Notes: a model not told the origin generated them from the sequence alone. Numbered from the stretch's first letter, positions 30,365 through 40,595 are shown. The stretch: DNA of 52,876 bases from Minisyncoccota bacterium (GCA_023142595.1 JAGLJF010000024.1:1-52876), one strand, 5' to 3'. Program-made: numbers and translations.

Positions 30365-30592
30365 TTATTTTGCGATATATGGAAGGAGCCCCATAAATCT
30401 TGCTCTTTTGATTGCATTAGAAATTTTTCTTTGATGCTTTGTGCATGCCCCGGTTCTCTTTGGTGGCATAATTTTTGCACGCTGAGAAATAAATCTTCTC
30501 AGTGTCTGTGGGTCTTTATAATCCACATCTCTCTCTTTTTCAATGCAGAAAAGACATTGTTTTTTCTCTGTTAAATTATTTTGATTGTTCAT
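30365..30592 (-). CDS. rpsR: 30S ribosomal protein S18 (Cys-containing form)
   Basis: CLFC...VDYKD...[16 protein letters not shown]...AIKRAR. Confidence 0.97.
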   Translation of the reverse strand: MNNQNNLTEKKQCLFCIEKERDVDYKDPQTLRRFISQRAKIMPPKRTGACTKHQRKISNAIKRARFMGLLPYIAK

Positions 30593-30614
30593 AGATTATT
30601 ATAGATTATTTTAT

Positions 30615-31085
30615 TTAGAAGGGGATGTCTTCAATTTTAATTTCATCGTCAGAAGATGGGTTATTGTTTGGAGCGTCTTCTTTTGAGCTTTGATTTGCAT
30701 TATTTTGTTCAAAGCTAGACTCTTTAGCTGGGTAAGAAGATCCGCCTTCTTGACCTCTGGCTTTCGGTCCCATTTGCATATTTTCAGCGATTATTTCAGT
30801 TTTGGATCTCTTAACTCCATCTTGACCATCCCAAGTTCTGGTTTCGAGTCTTCCTTCAAATAATACAATTTGACCTTTGACGAGATATTGTCCGCAAATT
30901 TCGGCAAGTTTTCCCCAAGCAACAATGCTGTGAAATTCTACTTTTTCTTGTTTTTCTCCACTATTATTGTTCCAAGTTCGATTAGAAGCAACGCCGATTG
31001 AAGCTACGGTTTGCCCACTTGGAGTAGTTCTTGTTTCAGGGTCTTTTGTAACCCTTCCGATAATTATGGCTTTGTTGAAATTCAT
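30615..31085 (-). CDS. ssb: Single-stranded DNA-binding protein
   Basis: NKAIIIGRVTKDPE...; C-terminal DIPF. Confidence 0.98.
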   Translation of the reverse strand: MNFNKAIIIGRVTKDPETRTTPSGQTVASIGVASNRTWNNNSGEKQEKVEFHSIVAWGKLAEICGQYLVKGQIVLFEGRLETRTWDGQDGVKRSKTEIIAENMQMGPKARGQEGGSSYPAKESSFEQNNANQSSKEDAPNNNPSSDDEIKIEDIPF

Positions 31086-31114
31086 ATTTTTTAGTTAGTT
31101 TATAAATTATAAAT

Positions 31115-31915
31115 CTAAATCATTGTGTCTTCAAGAATTTCATCGAGCTTGTCTTCAAGATCTTCAAGTTTTACTTTAGGTTTTTTCTTGCTAGCTGATT
31201 TTTTATCTTCCTTTCCGTCTTCCTTAATTTCCTTTTCTTCTTTTACTTCCTTAACTTCTTTCTTTTTTGGAGTTTCGGCCTTATCTTCCTTTACTTCTTT
31301 TGAAGTTTTAACTTTCTCTTCTTCAACTTCTATTTTTTCTTCATCAACTTTCTCGCTTTTTTCTTTTTCTTTCTTTATATCTTCTTTTTCAACTACAACT
31401 TTTTTCTTTGTTGTTGTAACAGGAGATTTTTCCTCAGCTCTCTCAGCTTTTCGCGTCTTTCTTTTTTCTTTGTCAGCTTTTTCTTTGTCAGCTTCTTTGT
31501 CTTGTTCAGCTTTTTTTCGCGCAAATAATTTATGTAATAATTTCAATTGTTCTTCATTCATTGGATCTGCTTGAAGAATGAAGTGTCTGATTATCGTTTT
31601 GCTCATTTTCAGATAATAATCAATTTCTTTAAGACTTTTTTCTTCAGCACTAAAATTAAAAAGACAATAGAATCCAAAACGATTTTTTTCGATAGGATAG
31701 GCTAACTTTTTTTTGATAACTGGAATGTTTTTCAGCTCTTCGGACCCTTCTTCTTTTGACATTTCAGTTTTAGACAAAAAAGGATGATCAAGTAGTGTCA
31801 CAAGTTTTTTTGCTCCCATTTTTTCAATCTCTTTTTCAACTTCTAAAAAAGTAGATTTGATTTCCGCACCTGTCATATTTGATGGCAGGATATACAATAG
31901 TTCGTAATTTTTCAT
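31115..31915 (-). CDS. rpsF: 30S ribosomal protein S6 with internal insertion and long Lys/Glu-rich tail
   Basis: MKNYELLYIL, KKLAYPI and IIRHFI; rpsF-ssb-rpsR gene order. Confidence 0.92.
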   Translation of the reverse strand: MKNYELLYILPSNMTGAEIKSTFLEVEKEIEKMGAKKLVTLLDHPFLSKTEMSKEEGSEELKNIPVIKKKLAYPIEKNRFGFYCLFNFSAEEKSLKEIDYYLKMSKTIIRHFILQADPMNEEQLKLLHKLFARKKAEQDKEADKEKADKEKRKTRKAERAEEKSPVTTTKKKVVVEKEDIKKEKEKSEKVDEEKIEVEEEKVKTSKEVKEDKAETPKKKEVKEVKEEKEIKEDGKEDKKSASKKKPKVKLEDLEDKLDEILEDTMI

Positions 31916-32076
31916 TGATTAGTTGTTATATTTATTAAATTTGTGTAATTTGACACAAAAAAGACAGATATATATGGACCTTTGGATGTATTTTTATACA
32001 CCATATATCTTTAAGTACTTATAAAATAGCACAGAGCTTTGGTTTTGGCAAGTAGGAACTTTTTAAAAACAAAAAA

Positions 32077-32264
32077 GTCATTCTGAGCGAAGCGAAGAAT
32101 CCCGCAGTTAGTTTCGTAAAATTGTAATAAATACAGAAAAATTTGTTTATTACGAGAGTTTGATTGCTGGAGCGGGTTTGCAACCCGTTCCTTTTGTTTT
32201 TAAGTTTCATTATAATTAGTGAAGTAAAAAAACATTTTGAGAGCTGGTTTGAGAACCAGCTCTC
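32077..32264. repeat. Palindromic repeats of two types
   Basis: GTCATTCTGAGCGAAGCGAAGAATCCC at 32077; GGAGCGGGTTTGCAACCCGTTCC at 32169; GAGAGCTGGTTTGAGAACCAGCTCTC at 32239. Confidence 0.7.
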
Positions 32265-32315
32265 GCACAAAGGTAATAAAATTAAAAGTTAAATAAGCTG
32301 TGATTAAATAAAAAT

Positions 32316-32495
32316 TTATTTTTTAGCAATAATTATCATTTTTTTTATTTCATATAAACAAACAGCAAATAAAAATGGTATTGATTTGATTCCAATAAAA
32401 TACCATATAATGCCAAATATTAATGTATAATATATTAAAATCGCTACTGGATTTTCATCTAGTTCTTGATCTATTTTGTTAAAATTTTTTGTCAT
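32316..32495 (-). CDS. Small hypothetical membrane protein, 59 aa (not in the ORF track)
   Basis: Translated by hand: MTKNFNKIDQELDENPVAILIYYTLIFGIIWYFIGIKSIPFLFAVCLYEIKKMIIIAKK*. Confidence 0.45.
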   Translation of the reverse strand: MTKNFNKIDQELDENPVAILIYYTLIFGIIWYFIGIKSIPFLFAVCLYEIKKMIIIAKK

Positions 32496-32549
32496 AAACT
32501 TTATAGTTATTTATTTTATTAAGTTAGTTTTATGTGAGTAAAATGTTTC

Positions 32550-32660
32550 TGTCATCCTGAACTTGTTTCAGGATCTTTTATGCGTTAGGTTTTGTCTTCA
32601 TTTATTTCACAAAATTAGATGTAATAGGATGGTAGATTCTGAAATAAATTCAGAATGACA
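32550..32660. mobile_element. REPIN/MITE-like element of about 110 bp (subfamily 1)
   Basis: Inverted GTCAT hairpins at both ends; interior is similar to 40953-41062. Confidence 0.7.
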
Positions 32661-32688
32661 TTTTATAACAATCTAATAATATAGCAAT

Positions 32689-33759
32689 TTATATTTTAAA
32701 TTCAATTACATCTCCATCTTGCACGATATATTCTTTGCCTTCAGTTCGCAAGAGTCCTTGGTCAATGGCATTTGACATCGAACCGGAATCTAATAATTTC
32801 TGCCAATTAATAATATTGGCGCGAATGAATTTTTCTTCAAAGTCTGAGTGAATTGCGCTGCCTGCTTGTGGGGCAGTGGAATCTTTTTTAATCGTCCAAG
32901 CATGAGTTTCAATTTTTCCTGTAGTAATATAAGTTATTAATCCAAGTAGCTCATAGCAATTTTTCACAAGGTCATCAAGACTGGAAACATTTTCATCAAG
33001 ATCTGTTTCATTTTTAAATTCTTGTACTTCCTCAGGTGACAAATCCATTAGGTCAAGTTCAAATTTGATTGGAATAAATAATTTATTTTTGATTTCTGGT
33101 AAAATTGAATTTTCTTCAATTTTTTGATCTTCGTTCACATTAACAACATAAAGAATTGGCTTGTTTGTGAGAAGTTGCAGACCTTTGATAACTTTTTTTT
33201 CATTTTCGCTTAGCTCAACGCTATTAGCAAATTTTTCATTTTCAAGAGCTAGTTTATATTTTTCCAGAACATTTTGAAGCTCAATTGCTTCCTTTTTTCC
33301 TGCTCTTACATCTCTTTGAATTTTTAATAAGCCCTTATTTATTGTTTCTAAATCAGCTAAAATCAATTCAAGATTAATTGTATCAATATCATCGCTAGGA
33401 TCGATTTTACCACCAACATGAATGATGTTTCCGTTTTCAAATCCACGTACAATATGAACAATCATATCGACTTCACGAATGTTGGAAAGAAATTTGTTTC
33501 CCAATCCTTCTCCCTTATGAGCATCTTTGACAAGTCCTGCAATATCTACAAACTCGATTGCAGTTGGAATGATTTTCTCCGTTTGTGAAAATTCAGCTAG
33601 CTTGGCTAATCTTTTATCGGGAACTTTGACAATTCCGACATTGGGGTCAATGGTACAAAATGGATAGTTTGAAATATCAATTTCTTTCTTGGTTATTGTT
33701 TTGAAAAGAGTTGATTTACCGACATTCGGCAAGCCTACAATTCCTACTGAAAATCCCAT
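32689..33759 (-). CDS. ychF: Ribosome-binding ATPase YchF
   Basis: GIVGLPNVGKST, NYPFCTIDPN, DIAGLV and EGKEYIVQDGDVI. Confidence 0.98.
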   Translation of the reverse strand: MGFSVGIVGLPNVGKSTLFKTITKKEIDISNYPFCTIDPNVGIVKVPDKRLAKLAEFSQTEKIIPTAIEFVDIAGLVKDAHKGEGLGNKFLSNIREVDMIVHIVRGFENGNIIHVGGKIDPSDDIDTINLELILADLETINKGLLKIQRDVRAGKKEAIELQNVLEKYKLALENEKFANSVELSENEKKVIKGLQLLTNKPILYVVNVNEDQKIEENSILPEIKNKLFIPIKFELDLMDLSPEEVQEFKNETDLDENVSSLDDLVKNCYELLGLITYITTGKIETHAWTIKKDSTAPQAGSAIHSDFEEKFIRANIINWQKLLDSGSMSNAIDQGLLRTEGKEYIVQDGDVIEFKI

Positions 33760-33792
33760 GGTATTAGTATTAAATAATTAAGTTTTATTTTC

Positions 33793-33969
33793 TGTCATTC
33801 TGAATTTATTTCAGAATCTTTGTTAAATTAGATTTTAGCTTATACTATCTACACAATGCTTTTAGGTATAATACATTCGTTGTTTTAATTTATTTAACAA
33901 GCAGTCAACAATTTATAGGCTAGTTTAAGTGTGATAGAAGGAAGATCCTGAATCAAGTTTAGGATGACA
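33793..33969. mobile_element. REPIN/MITE-like element of about 176 bp (subfamily 2)
   Basis: Terminal GTCAT hairpins; interior is similar to the reverse complement of 38823-38997. Confidence 0.7.
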
Positions 33970-34128
33970 GAATTTAGATATATTTTATCAGTAGACTAGG
34001 TAATGTCTGCGGGAATAATAGTCCCTTATTCTCTCCTAAAGCTTACTTTAAAATCTTAGTTAGGTCAATTTAGATTAAAATATAAACAAAAAAAGAAGGA
34101 ATGAATAAACCAGTGAATGAATGGCTTA

Positions 34129-34341
34129 TTAATCCCTTCTAACTAGAAACGCTACGGCTAATAGCCCAGCTATGGCGAAGATAGCCTCGAATCCTGGCTC
34201 GTCGCTTTCTGCAGTGCTTGTTTCCGTACTATTGATTTTTGTGATATTCGCATTTTCTTCCGCTGTGACATCTGTTGCTGTCGCAGTTGTTATTGTTAAT
34301 ATCAATATTATCAACAATACTATTGATGTTTTTATTTTCAA
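34129..34341 (-). CDS. Minimal secreted protein with archaeal PGF-CTERM sorting signal
   Basis: Signal peptide, T/S/E-rich linker with N-I-T and N-S-T sequons, then PGFEAIFAIAGLLAVAFLVRRD. TTG start preceded by GAGGAGAGAGGA. Confidence 0.8.
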   Translation of the reverse strand: MKIKTSIVLLIILILTITTATATDVTAEENANITKINSTETSTAESDEPGFEAIFAIAGLLAVAFLVRRD

Positions 34342-34480
34342 TTTCCTCTCTCCTCTTGGAATTTTACGATATTATAAAGATTATCATAATATATCACTCT
34401 GTCAATATTAATTATAATTTGCTCTTCCAAAATCTTATATTTCTGCTATAATAAAAGCATAAAAAATTAATAAAATAACT

Positions 34481-35563
34481 ATGATTGACTATTTTGAACA
34501 ATTAAACCAAGCATTGGGTATGTATACAGGAATAACAATTGCTTCGTATATTGTGGCAATACTTATTCTTGTCGTCTTTTTTATTCTAGCTCAAATCACA
34601 AATTTTCTATTTAATAAAGTATTCAAGGTTTTGACTGCAAAAACAAAAAATAGTACTGATGATAAAATAATGAAAATATTGAATATGCCGATATTTTATT
34701 CGGTCGTTCTTTTTGGTGTTTATCAGTCTTTTAGTTATATTGGTATATTGAGTAATTTTTCAGATGATTTTTCAAGAATTATAAAATCTTTTGCGATTAT
34801 AATCTGGATTTATGCAATATCAAAGCTTGTTAATGTAATAATTTCTGAAATTGGATTTAAGTTTGCAGAAAAAACAAAATCCACTCTTGATGATGAACTT
34901 ATGCCATTGTTTCAAAAACTAAGCAATATTGTTATTATTTTTGCTGGAGTAATGTTTTTGCTTAAAATGTGGAATATTGATATTACACCTCTTTTGGCTT
35001 CGGCTGGTATTATGGGTTTTGTGATCGCTTTTGCCGCTCAAGATACCTTGGCTCATTTATTTGGAGGAATTTCTATTTATTTTGACAAACCTTTTCGCGT
35101 AGGTGATCGTATTCAATTGGATAGCGCAGAATATGGAGATGTTTTGGAAATTGGAATCAGATCAACGAGAATCAAGACCGTTGATGAAACAGTTATTGTA
35201 ATTCCTAATAGTATAATTGCAGGTTCCAAGATCATAAATTATAATCAACCAGCAGCAAAAATTAAAGAAAAAATAATCATAAAAGTTGCATATGGGTCTG
35301 ATGTTGATAAAGTTAAAAAGATTCTTTTTGATATTATGAGAGAAATAGATGAAATTGAAAAGGATCCAGCTCCTGATGTTTCGCTTACTGAGCTTGGAGA
35401 CTTTTCCTTAAATTTTTTGATTGTAGCATGGGTTGATAGTCCTAAAAAGAAATTTACTGTCAAGACCAAGATAAACGAAGAGGTTTATAATAGGTTTAAT
35501 AAAGAGGGTATAATAATCCCTTATCCAACGCAAGATATATATTTAAAAAATAATAAAAAATAA
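34481..35563 (+). CDS. mscS: Small-conductance mechanosensitive channel
   Basis: FAAQDTLAHLFGG..I.FDKPFRVGDRI, IGIRST and IPYP; extended -10 TGCTATAAT at 34444-34452. Confidence 0.93.
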   Translation: MIDYFEQLNQALGMYTGITIASYIVAILILVVFFILAQITNFLFNKVFKVLTAKTKNSTDDKIMKILNMPIFYSVVLFGVYQSFSYIGILSNFSDDFSRIIKSFAIIIWIYAISKLVNVIISEIGFKFAEKTKSTLDDELMPLFQKLSNIVIIFAGVMFLLKMWNIDITPLLASAGIMGFVIAFAAQDTLAHLFGGISIYFDKPFRVGDRIQLDSAEYGDVLEIGIRSTRIKTVDETVIVIPNSIIAGSKIINYNQPAAKIKEKIIIKVAYGSDVDKVKKILFDIMREIDEIEKDPAPDVSLTELGDFSLNFLIVAWVDSPKKKFTVKTKINEEVYNRFNKEGIIIPYPTQDIYLKNNKK

Positions 35564-35566
35564 TAT

Positions 35567-36778
35567 ATGCAAGCAGTAATATTGGCGGCTGGAAAATCTA
35601 CTAGGACCTATCCTTTAACTTTGACTCGTCCAAAACCTCTTTTGAAAGTGGCTAACAAGACAATTATTGAGCATAATCTTGAGCAACTTTCTGGACTTGT
35701 TGATGAAGTGATTATTGTTGTTGGTTATAAATCTGAAATGATAAAAGATTTTCTAAATGATAAATTCGGAAAAATTAAAATCAAATATGTTGTTCAAAGC
35801 GATGTCATTGGAAATGCCGATGCTTTGAAGCTCGTTGAAAAAGAAATCAAAGGAAAATTTATTTTGATGTTTGGTGATGATTTATATAGCAAAAAAGATA
35901 TTAAAAATCTTCTAAGATTCGACAATGCTATTTTAGCTCAAAAAGTAAAAACCCCCGAAAACTTTGGAGTTTTGAAAATAAATAAAAATATTTTTTGTGA
36001 AGTTGTGGAAAAGCCAAAAGAGTTTATTTCGGATTTGGTAAATATTGGTTGTTTTGTTTTTTCCAAGAAAATTTTTGATGTTTTGTCTGAAATTAAACTA
36101 TCGTCAAGAAATGAATATGAACTAACTGATGCTTATAACTTGATGGCGAAAAAACATAAGATATATGTGGTTCAGGTAGAGGATTATTGGCTTCCAATTA
36201 CATATCCGTGGAACTTATTAGAAGCAAATGAATATATTATAAAAAATAGTAAGAACAGTAAGAATAAAAAAGTTGTTATTGAACAATTTACGACTGTCGG
36301 TAAAAAGGTTTTTGTCGGTAAAAATACTGTTATTAAGTCTGGTAGCTATATTGAAGATGGGGTGATAATTGGTAATGATTGTAAAATAGGACCAAATTGT
36401 TATATTCGTCGATATTCAACAATTGGAAATAATTGTCATATTGGGCAATCTGTAGAAATTAAAAATTCGATTATAGGAGACGATTCAAATGTCGCACATC
36501 TTTCTTATGTTGGGGATTCTGTTATTGGAAATAATGTTAATTTTGGAGCAGGGACCGTCGCTGCGAATTTAAGACACGACGGTAAAAATGTTAAATGTAT
36601 GATAAATGGTAATTTGGTTGATTCGGGCAAAATGAAATTAGGTATTTTAGTTGGTGATAATTGTAAAATAGGAATAAATAATTCTTTTTATCCGGGAGTA
36701 AAAATTGATTCAGGATTTATGACATTACCAAGAGAAGTGATTAAAAAAGATTTAATACAAAATAATTTTAAACAATGA
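35567..36778 (+). CDS. Bifunctional sugar-1-phosphate nucleotidylyltransferase/acetyltransferase (archaeal GlmU-like)
   Basis: AVILAAGKSTRTYPLT..RPKPLL, hexapeptide repeats, and HLSYVGDSVIG..VNFGAGT.AANLRHD. Confidence 0.88.
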   Translation: MQAVILAAGKSTRTYPLTLTRPKPLLKVANKTIIEHNLEQLSGLVDEVIIVVGYKSEMIKDFLNDKFGKIKIKYVVQSDVIGNADALKLVEKEIKGKFILMFGDDLYSKKDIKNLLRFDNAILAQKVKTPENFGVLKINKNIFCEVVEKPKEFISDLVNIGCFVFSKKIFDVLSEIKLSSRNEYELTDAYNLMAKKHKIYVVQVEDYWLPITYPWNLLEANEYIIKNSKNSKNKKVVIEQFTTVGKKVFVGKNTVIKSGSYIEDGVIIGNDCKIGPNCYIRRYSTIGNNCHIGQSVEIKNSIIGDDSNVAHLSYVGDSVIGNNVNFGAGTVAANLRHDGKNVKCMINGNLVDSGKMKLGILVGDNCKIGINNSFYPGVKIDSGFMTLPREVIKKDLIQNNFKQ

Positions 36779-37401
36779 AAATAATTCTAGATTTTGACGA
36801 CACTATATTTAACACGTTTCGAGTAATGCAGGAGTTTCGAAAAATTTTTAATCGTCTCGGTTTCACAGACGATGAATTTTGGAGTGCTTATCAGCAATGC
36901 AAGAATAATATTAACGATTTTAATCCTGATATTTTTTTGGATATAATAGGAAAAATAAGGCCTTGCGATAAAAATAAGGCAAAAGAAGGTATGCAAAATT
37001 TAACCGAAAAATTTAGCAATTATATTTTCTCAGATTTTTTTTGTTTTTTAAACATTGCAAAAAAAGAAGAATTAATTCTTCTTTCGCATGGTTTATCTGA
37101 TTTTCAAAAAAATAAGATTGAAAAATCTGGTATCATTCCATATTTTAGTGAAGTCATTATTACTTCACGGGACAAGGCAGAAGACATTGAAGAAATCAAA
37201 AATAAATATAATGAGAAATTAATTTTTATAGAAGACAAAGCTGAGAGTATTGATAGTGTAAAAAAGAGATTGCCTGAGGTTACAACAATGAAAATAATAA
37301 GACCACAAGGAAGACATATCGAAAGAAAATCAGAATTAACGAATTATATAATTCAGGATTTATTCCGACTTGAGGATATAATCAATAATTTAAGAGATTA
37401 G
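36775..37401 (+). CDS. HAD-superfamily hydrolase
   Basis: ILDFDDTIF motif I and FIEDK motif IV. Confidence 0.85.
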   Translation: MKIILDFDDTIFNTFRVMQEFRKIFNRLGFTDDEFWSAYQQCKNNINDFNPDIFLDIIGKIRPCDKNKAKEGMQNLTEKFSNYIFSDFFCFLNIAKKEELILLSHGLSDFQKNKIEKSGIIPYFSEVIITSRDKAEDIEEIKNKYNEKLIFIEDKAESIDSVKKRLPEVTTMKIIRPQGRHIERKSELTNYIIQDLFRLEDIINNLRD

Positions 37402-37404
37402 TTT

Positions 37405-38769
37405 ATGATAAAAATAGATGAATCAATTTTTAAGGCGTATGACATTAGAGGGATTTATCCTAGCCAACTAGATGAGAAAACTGCCTATGAGCTTGGAAGA
37501 GGATACGCAACTTTTATTTTGAAAGAAAATTCAAAAGCAAAAAATATTGTTGTGGGATCCGATATGCGAATTTCATCGCCATCATTAAAAAAAGAATTAA
37601 TCAGAGGAATTATTGACAGTGGTTTAAATGTAATTGATGTTGGGCTGGTAAGCACGCCCACATTTTATTTTGCAGTTGGTTTTTATGGTTATGATGGTGG
37701 AATTCAAGTTTCGGCTTCTCACAATCCAAAAGAATATAATGGATTCAAAATGGTTAAAGAAAAATCATTACCAATTAGCAAGGACACTGGAATCATAGAG
37801 ATTAAAAATATTATTTTAGATGGCAGTTTTGTAGAGTCAGAGAAAAAAGGAGAAGTAATTGAAAAAGAAAATGTTTTAGACGATCTTGCAGCTGATCAAT
37901 TTTCTGATTTAGACATTTCAGGAATTAAGAAATTTAAAATCGTCATTGATGCTGCAAATTCCATGGGAGCTCTTGATATGGAGGAATTTTTTGAAAAAGT
38001 TCCAGCTGAATTGGTTAGGGTTAATTTTGAACTTGATGGAAATTTTCCATCTCACGAAGCAGATCCTCTTAAGGAAGAAAATCTTGAGCTTCTGAAACAA
38101 AAAGTAATTGAAACTGGAGCAGATTTTGGAATTTCGCCAGATGGTGACGGAGACAGATATTTTTTCGTTGATGAAAAAGGAAATTCTCTGAGACAGGAAA
38201 TTCTCAGAGGCATTATGGCACAAATTGAACTTTCTGATCATCAAGGGGCGACAGTTTGTTATGATATTAGACCAGGAAGAATTACAAAAGACATGATTGA
38301 TGAAATGGGTGGAAAATCAATTATTACTCCGGTTGGTCATTCTCTCATCAAAGAAATTATGATTAAAAATGATGCAATTTTCGGAGGAGAATCATCGGGT
38401 CACTATTTTTATCGAAAATCTTATGGAACCTTTGAAATGCCTTTTGTTCTCGTTGCAAAATTTTTGAAGTTTCTTTCTGAAAAAAATGCACCATTCTCAG
38501 AAATTGTGAAGCCATATAAGAAATATTTTCATTCAGGGGAAATAAATTTCAAGGTTGATAGTGTACAAGAAAAAATGGAAGAAATTGAAAGAATATATGG
38601 TGATGGAAAAATTATTAAACTTGATGGAGTTACAGTTGAATATCCTGATTGGTGGTTTAATCTACGTGGATCAAATACAGAACCAGTAATTAGACTAAAT
38701 CTTGAGGCAAAAACCAAAGAAATTATGGAAGAAAAAGTGAAAGAGGTGTCTGGCGTTTTAAAGAAATAG
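37405..38769 (+). CDS. Phosphomannomutase/phosphoglucomutase
   Basis: FKAYDIRG, SASHNP, DGDGDR and GGESSGH. Confidence 0.96.
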   Translation: MIKIDESIFKAYDIRGIYPSQLDEKTAYELGRGYATFILKENSKAKNIVVGSDMRISSPSLKKELIRGIIDSGLNVIDVGLVSTPTFYFAVGFYGYDGGIQVSASHNPKEYNGFKMVKEKSLPISKDTGIIEIKNIILDGSFVESEKKGEVIEKENVLDDLAADQFSDLDISGIKKFKIVIDAANSMGALDMEEFFEKVPAELVRVNFELDGNFPSHEADPLKEENLELLKQKVIETGADFGISPDGDGDRYFFVDEKGNSLRQEILRGIMAQIELSDHQGATVCYDIRPGRITKDMIDEMGGKSIITPVGHSLIKEIMIKNDAIFGGESSGHYFYRKSYGTFEMPFVLVAKFLKFLSEKNAPFSEIVKPYKKYFHSGEINFKVDSVQEKMEEIERIYGDGKIIKLDGVTVEYPDWWFNLRGSNTEPVIRLNLEAKTKEIMEEKVKEVSGVLKK

Positions 38770-38822
38770 ATTTTTGTTATTGTAGATGTTATTTGATTTG
38801 TAGACAGAATCTTCTTAAATTC

Positions 38823-38997
38823 TGTCATCCTGAACTTGTTTCAGGATCTTTATTCTCTTATGTTTAAACAAGCCTATAAATCACTAGTTGTATATTATAG
38901 AAAGCATGATTATTATACAGGATATCAAAAGTATTGTGTAAATAATACAAGTTAAATCTTAATTTAACGAAGATCCTGAAACAAGTTCAGGATGACG
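38823..38997. mobile_element. REPIN/MITE-like element of about 175 bp (subfamily 2, inverted copy)
   Basis: TGTCATCCTGAACTTGTTTCAGGATCT...AGATCCTGAAACAAGTTCAGGATGACG. Confidence 0.7.
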
Positions 38998-39038
38998 AGT
39001 TTTTAAGTAAATAAATTATAACAGTTAATTGAAAAATT

Positions 39039-40025
39039 ATGATTGGAGCAATTTTATGTGGGGGATATGGAAAAAGACTTAAGCCTTTGACCGACAATGT
39101 GCCAAAACCGCTTTTAGAAATCAAGAATGGTTATACAATTTTAGATAAGCAAATCCTGCAATTTAAATATGCTGGAGTAAACAGAGTGGTTTTACTTTGT
39201 GGGCATTTGCATGAAAAAATTCAAGAGAGGTTTGGAGAGAAATGGAATGGGGTTGAAATAAATTATTTAATTGAAGACGAACCAAGAGGAACTTTGTATG
39301 CTATCAATAATTTGATGGAAAATTTTGATTCTGATAATTATATTATTCGAAATGGAGATGTTGTTTGTGATGCAAACATCAAGGAGATAATTGAAGAACA
39401 TAAGAACCAGATGATTATGTATATTACGCCACTTGTTTCTCCGTATGGAATAGCGGAATTATCAGAAAAGAAAATTATTGGATTTAAAGAAAAGCCAGTT
39501 TTAAATCATTATTTAAATGCAGGAATATATATAATATCAAAAGAATTAAAGACTCTTATTTCGAAATACAAAGAGGGGTCAATTGAAGATTTGATTTTTC
39601 CAGAGATAGCAAGGTCCGGATTAATGAATTATTACAAGGAAGACGTTTTTTGGCAGTCAGTTGATTCTATTAAGGATCTAAAAAGGGTTAATGATGAATA
39701 TAGCAACAAAGAGGATAAGCCTTGGGGATATGAAAAGACGATAGTTTTAACTGATAAATATTTAACAAAAGAATTGTATCTTATGAAGAATGAAGGAACA
39801 TCTCATCACAAACATTCTAAAAAGGATGAGACCATGCACATTACTTCTGGTGAAGTGTTGATTAAATTTGATGATAAAGAGGTTAGTGTGAAAAAGAACA
39901 AGACGATTAGAATAGAACCTTGCACTCCTCATAAAATATTGGCATTGGAAAATACAATTTTGCAAGAATACTCAACACCTCATCCTAATGATACAATTAG
40001 AATAAAAGATAAATATGATAGATAA
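39039..40025 (+). CDS. Sugar-phosphate nucleotidyltransferase fused to a C-terminal cupin (mannose-6-phosphate isomerase-like)
   Basis: GAILCGGYGKRLKPLT..PKPL; KPWG...SHHKH.KKDETM...H cupin motif. Confidence 0.88.
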   Translation: MIGAILCGGYGKRLKPLTDNVPKPLLEIKNGYTILDKQILQFKYAGVNRVVLLCGHLHEKIQERFGEKWNGVEINYLIEDEPRGTLYAINNLMENFDSDNYIIRNGDVVCDANIKEIIEEHKNQMIMYITPLVSPYGIAELSEKKIIGFKEKPVLNHYLNAGIYIISKELKTLISKYKEGSIEDLIFPEIARSGLMNYYKEDVFWQSVDSIKDLKRVNDEYSNKEDKPWGYEKTIVLTDKYLTKELYLMKNEGTSHHKHSKKDETMHITSGEVLIKFDDKEVSVKKNKTIRIEPCTPHKILALENTILQEYSTPHPNDTIRIKDKYDR

Positions 40026-40323
40026 TTTTACGACAAGCATTATATTAAAAAGAGCAAATGTTTCTATAATTAGCTATTGTTTGTATCCTTGACAGGAACT
40101 ATTAAATATAGTAATATTCTTATTAAGTGTGTAATAATTTATACAAAAGCAATGGCAGTTAGATTTCGACAAAAGAATATTGAATTTCTCACCCCTTGTT
40201 TTTCTATTTTGAATTCGTTACTCATAAAAAGATAATCTCAATAAAGAGGTTATTTTTTTATGGGCAAAAAAATGTTCATTTACAATTTTATCAATACAAA
40301 AACAAAAAAAGGAGGATGAGTAG

Positions 40324-40563
40324 ATGTTATTTTTAGGAATAGATAATAAAGGAGTGGAAAATTTAATTCAAACACCGGGATATGAAGGGAGTATTACTAG
40401 GGTAGATGAAATATATCCAAAGTTTGCAATTTTATGTCATTTGACTTGTGAAGGTTGTTGCCATTATCAAGATTTTGAGTGTTGTAATAAAGAGAATATT
40501 GTAAATCAAAATTTATTTTTAATTCAAGTAGCTTCTAGAAATTTATTCAAAAAAGAAAATTAA
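40324..40563 (+). CDS. Small Cys-rich hypothetical protein (CxxxCxxC)
   Basis: Strong SD GGAGG; CHLTCEGC motif. Confidence 0.6.
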   Translation: MLFLGIDNKGVENLIQTPGYEGSITRVDEIYPKFAILCHLTCEGCCHYQDFECCNKENIVNQNLFLIQVASRNLFKKEN

Positions 40564-40595
40564 TTAAAAACAAATATATATTGGAGGGAAATAAA

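Noticed and set aside
32019-32270. 83-aa ORF (similarly 41091-41279, 44717-44902 and 52604-52813)
   Set aside because: These are made of palindromic repeats, or lie over the T-box leader or antisense to the holin-like gene; they are likely non-coding.
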